Assembly: GCA_035300255.1 (NCBI GenBank)
Contig: DATGVR010000042.1
Coordinates: forward strand, 1 to 51,483
DNA from: Nitrososphaerales archaeon
GTDB lineage: Archaea; Thermoproteota; Nitrososphaeria; Nitrososphaerales; Gagatemarchaeaceae
Length of the DNA stretch: 51,483 nt
Direction: 5' to 3'
Under the pieces are notes generated by a model. The model saw only the letters and a list, made by a program, of their open reading frames with translations. It ran no database searches and was not told the origin of the DNA. How positions within the stretch are numbered: position 1 is the first letter of the stretch; the number at the start of each line of letters is the position of its first letter. A program made the position numbers and the translations under genes. Of this stretch, positions 6,346-14,633 are shown one piece after another.

Positions 6346-6588
6346 ATGACCACTGAATACGAACAACTTCTCTCCAAGATGATCAGTGAGAAAAAGACAA
6401 AGCTCGCTGACCTGACAGCCAAGAAAGGGAAGACGAAGGAAGTTGCAGCCCTGATGAGCGATATGAGGTTCCTTGAAGTCGAACTGCAGCGCTACCAACA
6501 AGGGATGGCCCTGTTCAGGACCAAGACCGTGCCGAAAGTCGGTCGTTGGGGGAAGCCTGAGACGGAAGGAAAGGAAGCAGAACCCTAG
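6346..6588 (+). CDS. 80-aa Lys/Glu-rich hypothetical protein
   Basis: ORF directly upstream of the OCD-like gene (5-nt gap). ATG 6346 is preceded by an in-frame GTG 6343. No family recognised. Confidence 0.4.
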   Translation: MTTEYEQLLSKMISEKKTKLADLTAKKGKTKEVAALMSDMRFLEVELQRYQQGMALFRTKTVPKVGRWGKPETEGKEAEP

Positions 6589-6593
6589 CCGAA

Positions 6594-7538
6594 TTGACAC
6601 TGTTACTGTCCGAACGAGACGTCCAAAGCCTCCTTGACATGAAGGAGGTGGTCGAGATTGTCGAAGAGGCCTTCCGGAGGGAGGCGCTCGGCGAAGCTAC
6701 GAACTTCATGCGAACCAGGTCAAAAGGGACTGGATCCGTCCTAAACGTCATGCACGCCTCACTGTCATACCTAGGCAAAGGCGGGCTCAAGGCCTACATG
6801 TCATCAAAGGCAGGAACCAAGTTCTTCGTCGTCCTATTCGATTCGGCCGACTCCACCCCGCTGGCGGTGATGGGAGCGGACTACCTCGGAAGGTTCCGGA
6901 CCGGGGCGGTTTCCGGGGTCGCGACGAAGCACATGTACCGCAAGCCGTCGGCGACCCTGGCAATCTTCGGTTCGGGGAGGCAGGCCCTAACTCAGGTCCT
7001 TGCCGTCAGCGCAGTTACATCTCTGGAGGAAGTCAGGGTCTGGAGCCCCAACATTGTACACAGAGAAGATTTCGCGCGAAGACTCGTCGAACTCGGTTTC
7101 AGGGCCAAAGCCCTCGAATCCGCTGAGCGCGCCGCCGAGGGATCTCAGGTAGGATGCGCGATTACCTCCTCAACGGAGCCATTCCTCGACGTCCAGTCTT
7201 TGAACAGCATTGAGCACTTGAACCTCTGCGGCGTCAACGACCCAGAACATGCTGAGATCACCCCTGAGGCGGTGGGGGCATTTCGGACAATAGTGATTGA
7301 CGACCTCCCGCAGGCCAAAGTCGAATACGGCGACCTCATCCAGGCCGCACAAGCAGGAAGGTTCTCCTGGGATACCGCCATAGAGCTGAAGAATGTGGTG
7401 GGAGGAAAGGTCATACCCAATGGGAAGACTCTGTTCAAGTCCGGGGGAGTCGCCCTGGAGGACGTCGCCGTCGCGAGCATGCTCTTCGAAAAGGCTTCGA
7501 AGTCGGGCAAGAGCTTCCCGAAGGTCGAACTAGTGTAA
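6594..7538 (+). CDS. ornithine cyclodeaminase / mu-crystallin family protein
   Basis: N-terminus LLLSERDVQSLLDMKEVVEIVEEAF, RTGAVSGVATKH, and the IFGSGRQA Rossmann motif. Length is 314 aa. TTG start. Confidence 0.8.
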   Translation: MTLLLSERDVQSLLDMKEVVEIVEEAFRREALGEATNFMRTRSKGTGSVLNVMHASLSYLGKGGLKAYMSSKAGTKFFVVLFDSADSTPLAVMGADYLGRFRTGAVSGVATKHMYRKPSATLAIFGSGRQALTQVLAVSAVTSLEEVRVWSPNIVHREDFARRLVELGFRAKALESAERAAEGSQVGCAITSSTEPFLDVQSLNSIEHLNLCGVNDPEHAEITPEAVGAFRTIVIDDLPQAKVEYGDLIQAAQAGRFSWDTAIELKNVVGGKVIPNGKTLFKSGGVALEDVAVASMLFEKASKSGKSFPKVELV

Positions 7539-7552
7539 AGTGACTTAGCCTA

Positions 7553-9196
7553 TTACATCGGAGGCATTCCGCCCATCCCGCCCATTCCACCGCCTCCTGG
7601 CGGCATTGGCGGAGCCCTCGTCTTGCTGGCGGCTATGACATCATCTATCCTCAGTATCATGCACGCCGCCTCTGTGGCTGCGCGCAGTATCTGTAGCTTC
7701 ACTGCCAACGGCTCCCACACCGACTTCGCGTACATGTCGGCAACCTTTCCGTTGAGGGCGTCAACCCCGAACCACTTCTCGCCTTTTCCGTGCCTTGCCC
7801 TCATGTCGACCTGGGTGTCTATGGGGTCCATCCCTGCGTTCTCCGCCAAAGTCATTGGAATGCTTTCCATTGCATCCGCGAACTTCAAAGCCGCAAGCTG
7901 CTCCCTCCCCGACAGCTTCTGCGCCCAGTTCCTGATTTGTATTGAGACCTCCTCTTCGGGAGCTCCGCCACCCGCCACCACCGCCGGGAGCTCGACAACG
8001 TCCTTGGTCACCATCAACGCGTCGTGAAGGGCACGCTCGGCTTCGTCGACTATCCTCTGGGTTCCTCCTCTGATGAGTATCGTCACGGCCTTCGGATTCT
8101 TGCATCCTTCGACGAATACCCATTTGTCGTCCTCGAGCTTCCTCTCCTCAACCATCTTGGCGTAACCCAGGTCCTTCGAAGTAAGGTCGTCAAGGTTCGT
8201 GACGATTCTTGCTCCTGTAGCCTTCGCTAGCTTCGTCATATCGCTCTCCTTCACCCTCCGGACTGCCAATATCCCCGCCTTTGCAAGGAAGTGTTGAGCC
8301 AGGTCGTCAATCCCCTTTTGGGTAATTAGGACGTTGGCCCCAGACTCCGAAACTTTCTCGACCATCCCCTTCAGTATGTTGCTCTCTTCGTCCATGAATT
8401 GCTGCATCTGCTTGGGGTCGTTGATTCGAATCTCGGCAGAGAATTCAGTCTTTTCGATCTCGAGTGCTGAGTTTACGAGTGCAATTTTTGCCTCGTCGAC
8501 CTTTCTTGGCATCCCAGAATGGACGACTTCTTTGTCGAGGACGATACCTTTGATCATCTTCGTGTCCGTCAAGGCGCCGCCCGGTTTCTTCTCTATCTTC
8601 ACATTGTCGATGTCGACTTTGAATCCCCCTTCCTTCTTCTCCGCGACGGCCAGGACAGAATCGACCACGATTCCCGAAAGATGGGGCGAGTCCTCGTTCA
8701 CGAGCTTCGTGAGCATGCTGGTGTTGGCCACCTTAAGGAGGTCAGCCCTGTTCTCAGGGTCGACCTTCTCAGCAATCTCCTCCAGAATCTTCGTTGCCTT
8801 CTCAGAAGCCCTCGAATATCCGTCCACAACAACTACTGGGTGCACTTCTTTGTCGATGAGTTCCTCAGCTTTCTCCAGCAGGGCCCCCGCAACCACGACC
8901 GCTGACGTTGTGCCATCCCCTACCTCGTTGTCCGTTGCCTTGCTGATCTCCACCATCATCTTCGCGGCCGGATGCTGGACATCCAGTTCCTTCAGCATCG
9001 TCGCGCCGTCGTTCGTTATCGTAACATCTCCCATGGAATCAACCAGCATCTTGTCCATCCCCCTCGGCCCCAGGGACGTCCTGACCACTTCGGCGATTAG
9101 CTTCGCGGCTGCGATATTGTTCCTCTGAGCCTCTCTCCCCCTCGACTCTCCGGAACCTTCCTTCAGAATGATGACGGGTTGTCCAGTTGCTGACAT
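7553..9196 (-). CDS. ths: thermosome subunit (group II chaperonin)
   Basis: LGPRGMDKML, ITNDGATML, VGDGTTSAVV, and a GGMGGMGGM C-terminal tail. Length is 547 aa. Confidence 0.95.
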   Translation of the reverse strand: MSATGQPVIILKEGSGESRGREAQRNNIAAAKLIAEVVRTSLGPRGMDKMLVDSMGDVTITNDGATMLKELDVQHPAAKMMVEISKATDNEVGDGTTSAVVVAGALLEKAEELIDKEVHPVVVVDGYSRASEKATKILEEIAEKVDPENRADLLKVANTSMLTKLVNEDSPHLSGIVVDSVLAVAEKKEGGFKVDIDNVKIEKKPGGALTDTKMIKGIVLDKEVVHSGMPRKVDEAKIALVNSALEIEKTEFSAEIRINDPKQMQQFMDEESNILKGMVEKVSESGANVLITQKGIDDLAQHFLAKAGILAVRRVKESDMTKLAKATGARIVTNLDDLTSKDLGYAKMVEERKLEDDKWVFVEGCKNPKAVTILIRGGTQRIVDEAERALHDALMVTKDVVELPAVVAGGGAPEEEVSIQIRNWAQKLSGREQLAALKFADAMESIPMTLAENAGMDPIDTQVDMRARHGKGEKWFGVDALNGKVADMYAKSVWEPLAVKLQILRAATEAACMILRIDDVIAASKTRAPPMPPGGGGMGGMGGMPPM

Positions 9197-9328
9197 GTCG
9201 GAAACGAGTATACAACCAATGGTTTATAAGAATTGTCGTGCGATGAAGCGCCTGACTCCTAAATCCCCCCATCTCTCCCTCGAGAAATCTTAAAGTGGCC
9301 TTCTCATTTGGAATCACGTCTGAACCGA

Positions 9329-10045
9329 ATGTCTTCTGTTTCAAGCCTATCCAAGAAGCTCATCGCCGAGGTTTTCGGAACCTTTGTGTTCGTTGTAGTC
9401 GGAGCGGGCTCTGCGCCAGGCACGGCCAGCCTCACCAATCCCGACCCAGGCGCTCAGTTACTTATCGCCGCACTTGCGAATGGCCTCGGCCTTGCCATGG
9501 CTGTCTCGGCCACGATGGGAACTTCAGGAGGTGTGCTGAATCCAGCTGTCACCCTGGGGCTCTGGGCGGGGAAAAAGCTCCCTTCCAGGGAAGTCGTTCC
9601 ATACATGGCAGCCCAGCTGGTTGGAGCTACAGCGGCGGGTTTCGCCTTGGTAGTCTCGTTTCCGTCGACCCTCGGGAGCCCCGTGCACTGGGGCGCTCCG
9701 ACCCTCAACGGCATCTTGAGCGTCTGGCAAGGAATCGCAATCGAGGCTCTCCTCACTTTTGTTCTGGTCATCGCGGTCTACGGCACAGCGGTTGATTCCA
9801 GGGCGCCTCGCATAGGGGGCCTAGGAATTGGTCTAGCCGTCCTTGCCGAAGTGCTCGTTGCGGGAAACCTCACGGGAGCGGCAATGAACCCGGCGAGAGC
9901 TTTCGGTCCGATGGTCGCAGGAGGTTTCTACCCAGGTTACTGGTTCATCTATGCTGTCGGTCCCTTGGCAGGAGCGTTGCTTGCGGGGTTTGCATACAGG
10001 TTCGCCTTCGAAAACGGGCCCACGAGCAGAGTTGGAGATAAATAA
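9329..10045 (+). CDS. aqpM: MIP-family aquaporin/aquaglyceroporin
   Basis: Two NPA boxes (SGGVLNPAVTLG and GAAMNPARAFGP) and six hydrophobic segments. ATG 9329 is preferred over the in-frame TTG 9308. Confidence 0.85.
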   Translation: MSSVSSLSKKLIAEVFGTFVFVVVGAGSAPGTASLTNPDPGAQLLIAALANGLGLAMAVSATMGTSGGVLNPAVTLGLWAGKKLPSREVVPYMAAQLVGATAAGFALVVSFPSTLGSPVHWGAPTLNGILSVWQGIAIEALLTFVLVIAVYGTAVDSRAPRIGGLGIGLAVLAEVLVAGNLTGAAMNPARAFGPMVAGGFYPGYWFIYAVGPLAGALLAGFAYRFAFENGPTSRVGDK

Positions 10046-10069
10046 CTCCTGCAGGAGCGCGACGAGTCT

Positions 10070-10549
10070 TTGAAAGGCACAACCGCTCGGCTCAGCAGAG
10101 AGCAGGCCAAGGAGTTCCTCGTCAGGATGGACGCCGCCCTTGGGTCCTCCAGGGGAAAACAAGCAAGGGATGCGCTGGTCAAGCTCCTCAACTCGACCGT
10201 CCCGACCTACTCATGGGTGGGGATCTACGTCGTCGAAGGGAACGACCTTGTCCTCGACGCCTGGGCCGGGCCTGCTGCCACTGAACATGTCAGGATCCCG
10301 ATTGGCAAAGGTGTGTGCGGATTCGCGGCGAAGGCGGGAAAGACCGAAATCGTATCTGATGTAAGCAAGGACCCTCGCTATCTTCAGTGCTTTCTTTCGA
10401 CGAAATCCGAGATCGTCGTCCCCATTTCAAACGAAGGGCACGTGGTCGGAGAAATAGACATCGACAGCGACCAGCTTGACGCCTTTTCCTCGGTTGATAG
10501 AGAATTCCTCGAGGCTGTCGCCGGGAAGACGAGCAGGCTCTGGTCCTAG
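10070..10549 (+). CDS. GAF-domain protein (free methionine-R-sulfoxide reductase-like)
   Basis: WVGIYVVEG...GKGVCGFAA...SEIVVPI...GEIDIDS pattern of single-domain GAF/fRMsr-like proteins. Start is uncertain (TTG 10070 or ATG 10127). Confidence 0.6.
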   Translation: MKGTTARLSREQAKEFLVRMDAALGSSRGKQARDALVKLLNSTVPTYSWVGIYVVEGNDLVLDAWAGPAATEHVRIPIGKGVCGFAAKAGKTEIVSDVSKDPRYLQCFLSTKSEIVVPISNEGHVVGEIDIDSDQLDAFSSVDREFLEAVAGKTSRLWS

Positions 10550-10565
10550 GCCCGACTTGGCTTCA

Positions 10566-10583
10566 AATATAACATAGGTTATA
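10566..10583 (+). promoter_or_regulatory. 18-nt palindromic operator-like site upstream of sufC (copy 1)
   Basis: AATATAACATAGGTTATA contains TATAAC-N4-GTTATA. It ends 40 nt before the sufC ATG. The exact reverse complement recurs at 11416-11433. Confidence 0.55.
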
Positions 10584-10622
10584 ACAATTAAATACGGCCA
10601 CTCGCAGCAGGCTTTTCATACT

Positions 10623-11399
10623 ATGAAGCTTGAGATAAAAGACCTTCACGCCTCAGTCGAGGGGAAGGAAATCCTGAGGGGGGTCGACCTGACCGTCTCT
10701 CAGGGAGAGACCCACGCCCTTATGGGCCCCAACGGGTCCGGGAAGAGCACTTTGGCTTATACCCTGATGGGGCATCCGAAGTATCAGGTCACATCGGGAC
10801 AGGTGCTCATCGACGGGGAGAGCATACTTGGCATGACCCCGGACAAACGCGTCAGGAAGGGCCTGTTCCTCGCATTCCAATATCCTGTCAGCGTCCAAGG
10901 GGTGAGCATGTTCTCGTTCCTGCGTGCGGCGTATAACAACTCCAGGCCCCCGGGCACTGAACCACCGACCATCTTCGAGTTCAAGGAAGTAGTCGCTGAG
11001 AAGCTCAAGATGCTTAGTATGGACGAATCGTTCCTGAATCGATACTTGAACGAAGGATTTTCAGGAGGGGAGAAGAAGAGAGCTGAGATTCTTCAGATGG
11101 CGCTCATGCAGCCTAAATTTGCTGTGCTCGACGAGACGGACTCCGGGCTCGACATTGACGCCCTGAGGATCGTGGCTGAGGGCATCAACAAGGTTTCAGG
11201 GCCTCAAACCGGGACTCTCCTGATTACCCACTACCAGCGGATCCTGAAGTACGTAAAGCCCCAGTTCGTCCACGTCCTTTTCCAAGGCCGAGTCATCGAA
11301 TCAGGCGGGGAAGACCTCTCCAGGCTCTTGGAAGAGAAGGGCTATACATGGATAAAGGGGTACAAGGAAGAAGAGCAACTGGCCCAGCAGGGGGCATAA
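10623..11399 (+). CDS. sufC: Fe-S cluster assembly ATPase SufC
   Basis: Walker A GPNGSGKST, ABC signature FSGGEKKR, Walker B AVLDETDSGLD. Confidence 0.95.
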   Translation: MKLEIKDLHASVEGKEILRGVDLTVSQGETHALMGPNGSGKSTLAYTLMGHPKYQVTSGQVLIDGESILGMTPDKRVRKGLFLAFQYPVSVQGVSMFSFLRAAYNNSRPPGTEPPTIFEFKEVVAEKLKMLSMDESFLNRYLNEGFSGGEKKRAEILQMALMQPKFAVLDETDSGLDIDALRIVAEGINKVSGPQTGTLLITHYQRILKYVKPQFVHVLFQGRVIESGGEDLSRLLEEKGYTWIKGYKEEEQLAQQGA

Positions 11400-11415
11400 C
11401 CCTTTTAACAAGGGC

Positions 11416-11433
11416 TATAACCTATGTTATATT
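11416..11433 (-). promoter_or_regulatory. 18-nt palindromic operator-like site between sufC and sufB (copy 2, inverted)
   Basis: TATAACCTATGTTATATT is the exact reverse complement of 10566-10583. It ends 17 nt before the sufB TTG 11450. Confidence 0.55.
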
Positions 11434-11449
11434 CTAGAGTGAGACAAGA

Positions 11450-12859
11450 TTGTCCTCAAAGACGGAAATCATAACAGACGATTACAAGGAGAAGTATGGG
11501 TTCAGCGACCCAGTCGAATCCTACGCTGTCAAAGGTACCAAAGGACTAAGCGAGCGGGTCGTACAAGAAATCGTCCGGGTCCACGACGAACCTGCATGGA
11601 TGGAGCAGGTCAGGATGAAGGCCCTCAGGCACTTCCTCGACATGAAACCCCCGGCATGGGCCCCAGAGCTCGCTGACATCGACTTCCAGGGTTTCCAGTA
11701 CTACGCGAAGCCCACCCAACAGGCCGCTGATTCGTGGGACCAGCTCCCCGAGTACATCAGACGCACCTACGACAAACTAGGGATCACCGATGCGGAGAAG
11801 AAGTTCCTGGCTGGCGTCGGAGCCGTCTACGAGAGCGAAGCAGTTTACCACAGCATCCAAGGCGCCCTCGAAAAACAGGGAGTCGTCTTCACAGACACGG
11901 TCACCGCTTTGAAGGAATACCCGGACATCATGAGGAAGTACTTCGGGACTGTCGTCCCGTACCAGGACAACTACATCGCAGCCCTGCAGACGGCGGTCTG
12001 GTCGGCAGGGAGCTTCGTTTACGTCCCAGAGGGAGTTAAGGTCCCGATGATTCTTCAGGCTTATTTCAGAATCAACTCAAGGAACATGGGGCAGTTCGAA
12101 AGAACACTAATAGTCGCGGAGCCCTATAGCGAGGTGTCCTACAACGAGGGCTGCAGCGCACCAGTCTACTCTTCGCAGTCGCTCCACTCTGCCATCGTCG
12201 AGATCGTGGCACGGAAGGGCTCGACCGTCAAGTACACCACTCTGCAAAACTGGTCCCGAGACGTCTACAATCTGGTCACCAAGCGCGCCCACGCCTACGA
12301 GGACGCGACAGTTTCGTGGGTCGACTTCAACGGCGGTTCAAGGCTGACCAGGAAGTACCCTTCAATCTACCTCCTCGGCCCAAGGGCCAAGGCAGACATA
12401 ATCTCGGTCGCCTACGCCGGAGCAGGGCAGGTCCAGGACACGGGCGGAAAGGCAATCCACCTGGCCAAGGACACGACTTCCAAGATCATCTCCCGGTCTG
12501 TGTCGAAGGACGGCGGGCACACAGCCTACCGCGGGCTCCTTCATATCGCCAAGGGTGCCACGAACGTGAAATCCACCGTCAGGTGCGATGCATTGCTGAT
12601 CGATTCGAAGAGCACCACGGCCACATATCCATACATGGAGATCCAGGAAGACGATGCCACAGTCACCCACGAGGCGAGCGTCGGCAAAGTGGGGGAAGAG
12701 CAGCTCTTCTACCTGATGGCAAGGGGAATCTCCGAAGGGGACGCCCTCAGCATGGTTGTCAACGGGTTCTTGGAACCCTTTGCGAAGGAGCTTCCAATGA
12801 CCTATGCGGTCGAGTTTAACCGCCTGATGTCCATCGAGATGACCAACGCCGTCGGCTAG
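11450..12859 (+). CDS. sufB: Fe-S cluster assembly scaffold SufB
   Basis: 469 aa. ...HLAKDTTSKIISRSVSKDGGHTAYRG...THEASVGKVGEEQLFYLMARG... is typical of SufB. Confidence 0.9.
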   Translation: MSSKTEIITDDYKEKYGFSDPVESYAVKGTKGLSERVVQEIVRVHDEPAWMEQVRMKALRHFLDMKPPAWAPELADIDFQGFQYYAKPTQQAADSWDQLPEYIRRTYDKLGITDAEKKFLAGVGAVYESEAVYHSIQGALEKQGVVFTDTVTALKEYPDIMRKYFGTVVPYQDNYIAALQTAVWSAGSFVYVPEGVKVPMILQAYFRINSRNMGQFERTLIVAEPYSEVSYNEGCSAPVYSSQSLHSAIVEIVARKGSTVKYTTLQNWSRDVYNLVTKRAHAYEDATVSWVDFNGGSRLTRKYPSIYLLGPRAKADIISVAYAGAGQVQDTGGKAIHLAKDTTSKIISRSVSKDGGHTAYRGLLHIAKGATNVKSTVRCDALLIDSKSTTATYPYMEIQEDDATVTHEASVGKVGEEQLFYLMARGISEGDALSMVVNGFLEPFAKELPMTYAVEFNRLMSIEMTNAVG

Positions 12860-12886
12860 GAGCCGGCGGGTCGGGCGTGATCTGAC

Positions 12887-14299
12887 TTGACGCAGACAGC
12901 TATTTCCTCATTCGACGAAGACCTTGTCAGGGCCATTTCGAATTCTCTCGACGAACCGGAGTGGTTGGAGAAAGCTAGGCTGGGGGCGTTCAAGGAATTC
13001 GTATCCTCCCCGCCTGAAAAGAACCCACTCTACACCAAGTACGTGAGCACCTTCGACTTCCCCATCGAACCCTTCAGGATGGTCCCTGGGAGGAGCGAAG
13101 TCGACTTCAGGAGTTATTTCAAGGGGTTCCTCACGGGCAACGAGAGCGACATCATGCTTCAGGCGAACGAGACACAGGTGCATGTAGACTTGAGCAAGGA
13201 CATTGCGTCAAAGGGGGTCAAGTTCCTGTCATTCCACGACGCGCTCCGCGAGGACGAGGCCCTGCTCAGGAAGCTTGTGCAGCAGAGGCTGGTGAAATCG
13301 GAAGCCGACAAATACGCGGCCTTCGTAAACGCATTCTTCAACAGCGGCACCTTCGTACATGTTCCCAAGGGTGTAGTTCTGGAACGTCCACTCCGGCGGA
13401 TGTTCCTCCTGGATTCACCCAGGACCGCGGTCGTCGACCAGACGCTGGTCTATGCCGAGGAGCAGTCGAAGCTTATCTTTCTTGAAGAGCTGTATTCCAA
13501 GGGTCCGGCTGGCCAATCTTTGGTGGCTTCAACGACCGAGGTACGGAGTGGGGCGGGAGCCCATGTTGATTTTTCCTCCATCCAGCTCTTGGACGACCAG
13601 ACGACACACGTGTCGAACAGGGCAATTGAAACCGTCAATGACTCGAGGGCGACGGTGAGCTCGCTCGCCTTGGGTTCCTCGGTCTCTCGGTCGCGGATGA
13701 ATTTCCTCCTTAACGGTAGGGGATGCCATGCAGAGGGTTTCGAGATATTCTTCACCGATGCAAAGCAAAGGTTTGATTTCGAAACGAACCTCATCCACGT
13801 CGGCCAGGACTCCACTGGGTCGGTCCATGCCAGGGGCGTGTTGAAGGGCGAGTCTCAAACGATATTCAAGGGTATGATCAAGATAACGAATGCGGCCAGG
13901 AATTCGAGGTCCTACCTGGCCCACCACGCCATGATCCTCGACCGGTCGGCCAAGTCCGACGGGGTCCCGAGTCTGGTGATTGATAACAACGAAGTCAAAG
14001 CGACCCACTCGGCCTCGGTCGCTCAGATAGACGAAGAGCAGCTCTTCTACATGATGGCGAGGGGCCTCCCCCTGGACGAGGCCAAGAAGATGGTAGTCCT
14101 GGGATTCTTCGAGCCTGTCCTCTCGCACATACCGATAGAGCAGACGAGAGAGGGGGCCAGGTTCATGATCGAAGGCAAATGGCTGGGAGCGAAGAGGAGG
14201 CTTGTCGACAGGGAGACACTCCTCGCCGCGACGGGCGAGATCACACCCGAGGTCAAACAGACCGAGGACATATTCGAAAGACACTACAAGTACAGGTAA
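12887..14299 (+). CDS. sufD: Fe-S cluster assembly protein SufD (SufB/SufD family)
   Basis: The C-terminal beta-helix region (THSASVAQIDEEQLFYMMARGL) is paralogous to SufB. The gene sits after sufB. Confidence 0.8.
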   Translation: MTQTAISSFDEDLVRAISNSLDEPEWLEKARLGAFKEFVSSPPEKNPLYTKYVSTFDFPIEPFRMVPGRSEVDFRSYFKGFLTGNESDIMLQANETQVHVDLSKDIASKGVKFLSFHDALREDEALLRKLVQQRLVKSEADKYAAFVNAFFNSGTFVHVPKGVVLERPLRRMFLLDSPRTAVVDQTLVYAEEQSKLIFLEELYSKGPAGQSLVASTTEVRSGAGAHVDFSSIQLLDDQTTHVSNRAIETVNDSRATVSSLALGSSVSRSRMNFLLNGRGCHAEGFEIFFTDAKQRFDFETNLIHVGQDSTGSVHARGVLKGESQTIFKGMIKITNAARNSRSYLAHHAMILDRSAKSDGVPSLVIDNNEVKATHSASVAQIDEEQLFYMMARGLPLDEAKKMVVLGFFEPVLSHIPIEQTREGARFMIEGKWLGAKRRLVDRETLLAATGEITPEVKQTEDIFERHYKYR

Positions 14300-14306
14300 A
14301 CCGCCA

Positions 14307-14615
14307 ATGGGAGAATTGGTTTCAGCTATGAAGGTCTCAGACCTCCCCGAAGGTTCGATTTCAGCAGTGGACTTGAAGGGGACACACATACTGCTCGCGA
14401 ATGTCGGAGGGGAGGTTTCCGCCGTAGGCGGAACATGTACACACGAAGAGACAGACCTCGGCCTTGGTTTCGTTCTGGAGGATAGAGTTATCTGTCCGCT
14501 GCACCTCTCACAGTTCGACCTGAGAACGGGGCAGGTCATGAACCCGCCTGCCACTGTGCCGCTTCAGCGTTTCAATGTTAAAATAGAGGATGAGACGATT
14601 TTTGTTGAAGTCTAG
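14307..14615 (+). CDS. Rieske-type [2Fe-2S] ferredoxin
   Basis: C-T-H ... C-P-L-H ligand pairs (GGTCTHEE, VICPLHLSQF). ATG 14307 lies 8 nt after the sufD stop. The upstream part of the listed ORF overlaps sufD. Confidence 0.8.
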   Translation: MGELVSAMKVSDLPEGSISAVDLKGTHILLANVGGEVSAVGGTCTHEETDLGLGFVLEDRVICPLHLSQFDLRTGQVMNPPATVPLQRFNVKIEDETIFVEV

Positions 14616-14633
14616 TGGGGGCTTTGAAAGGCT

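Noticed and set aside
8334-9128. 264-aa plus-strand ORF antisense to the thermosome gene
   Set aside because: It is a Ser/Thr/Phe-rich low-complexity translation opposite a highly conserved chaperonin gene, so I read it as a shadow ORF.
13529-14554. 341-aa minus-strand ORF antisense to sufD and the Rieske gene
   Set aside because: It lies entirely opposite two well-supported conserved genes. Its composition is Arg/Pro/Gly/Ser-rich and not protein-like. This is the typical shadow ORF of a GC-rich coding region.
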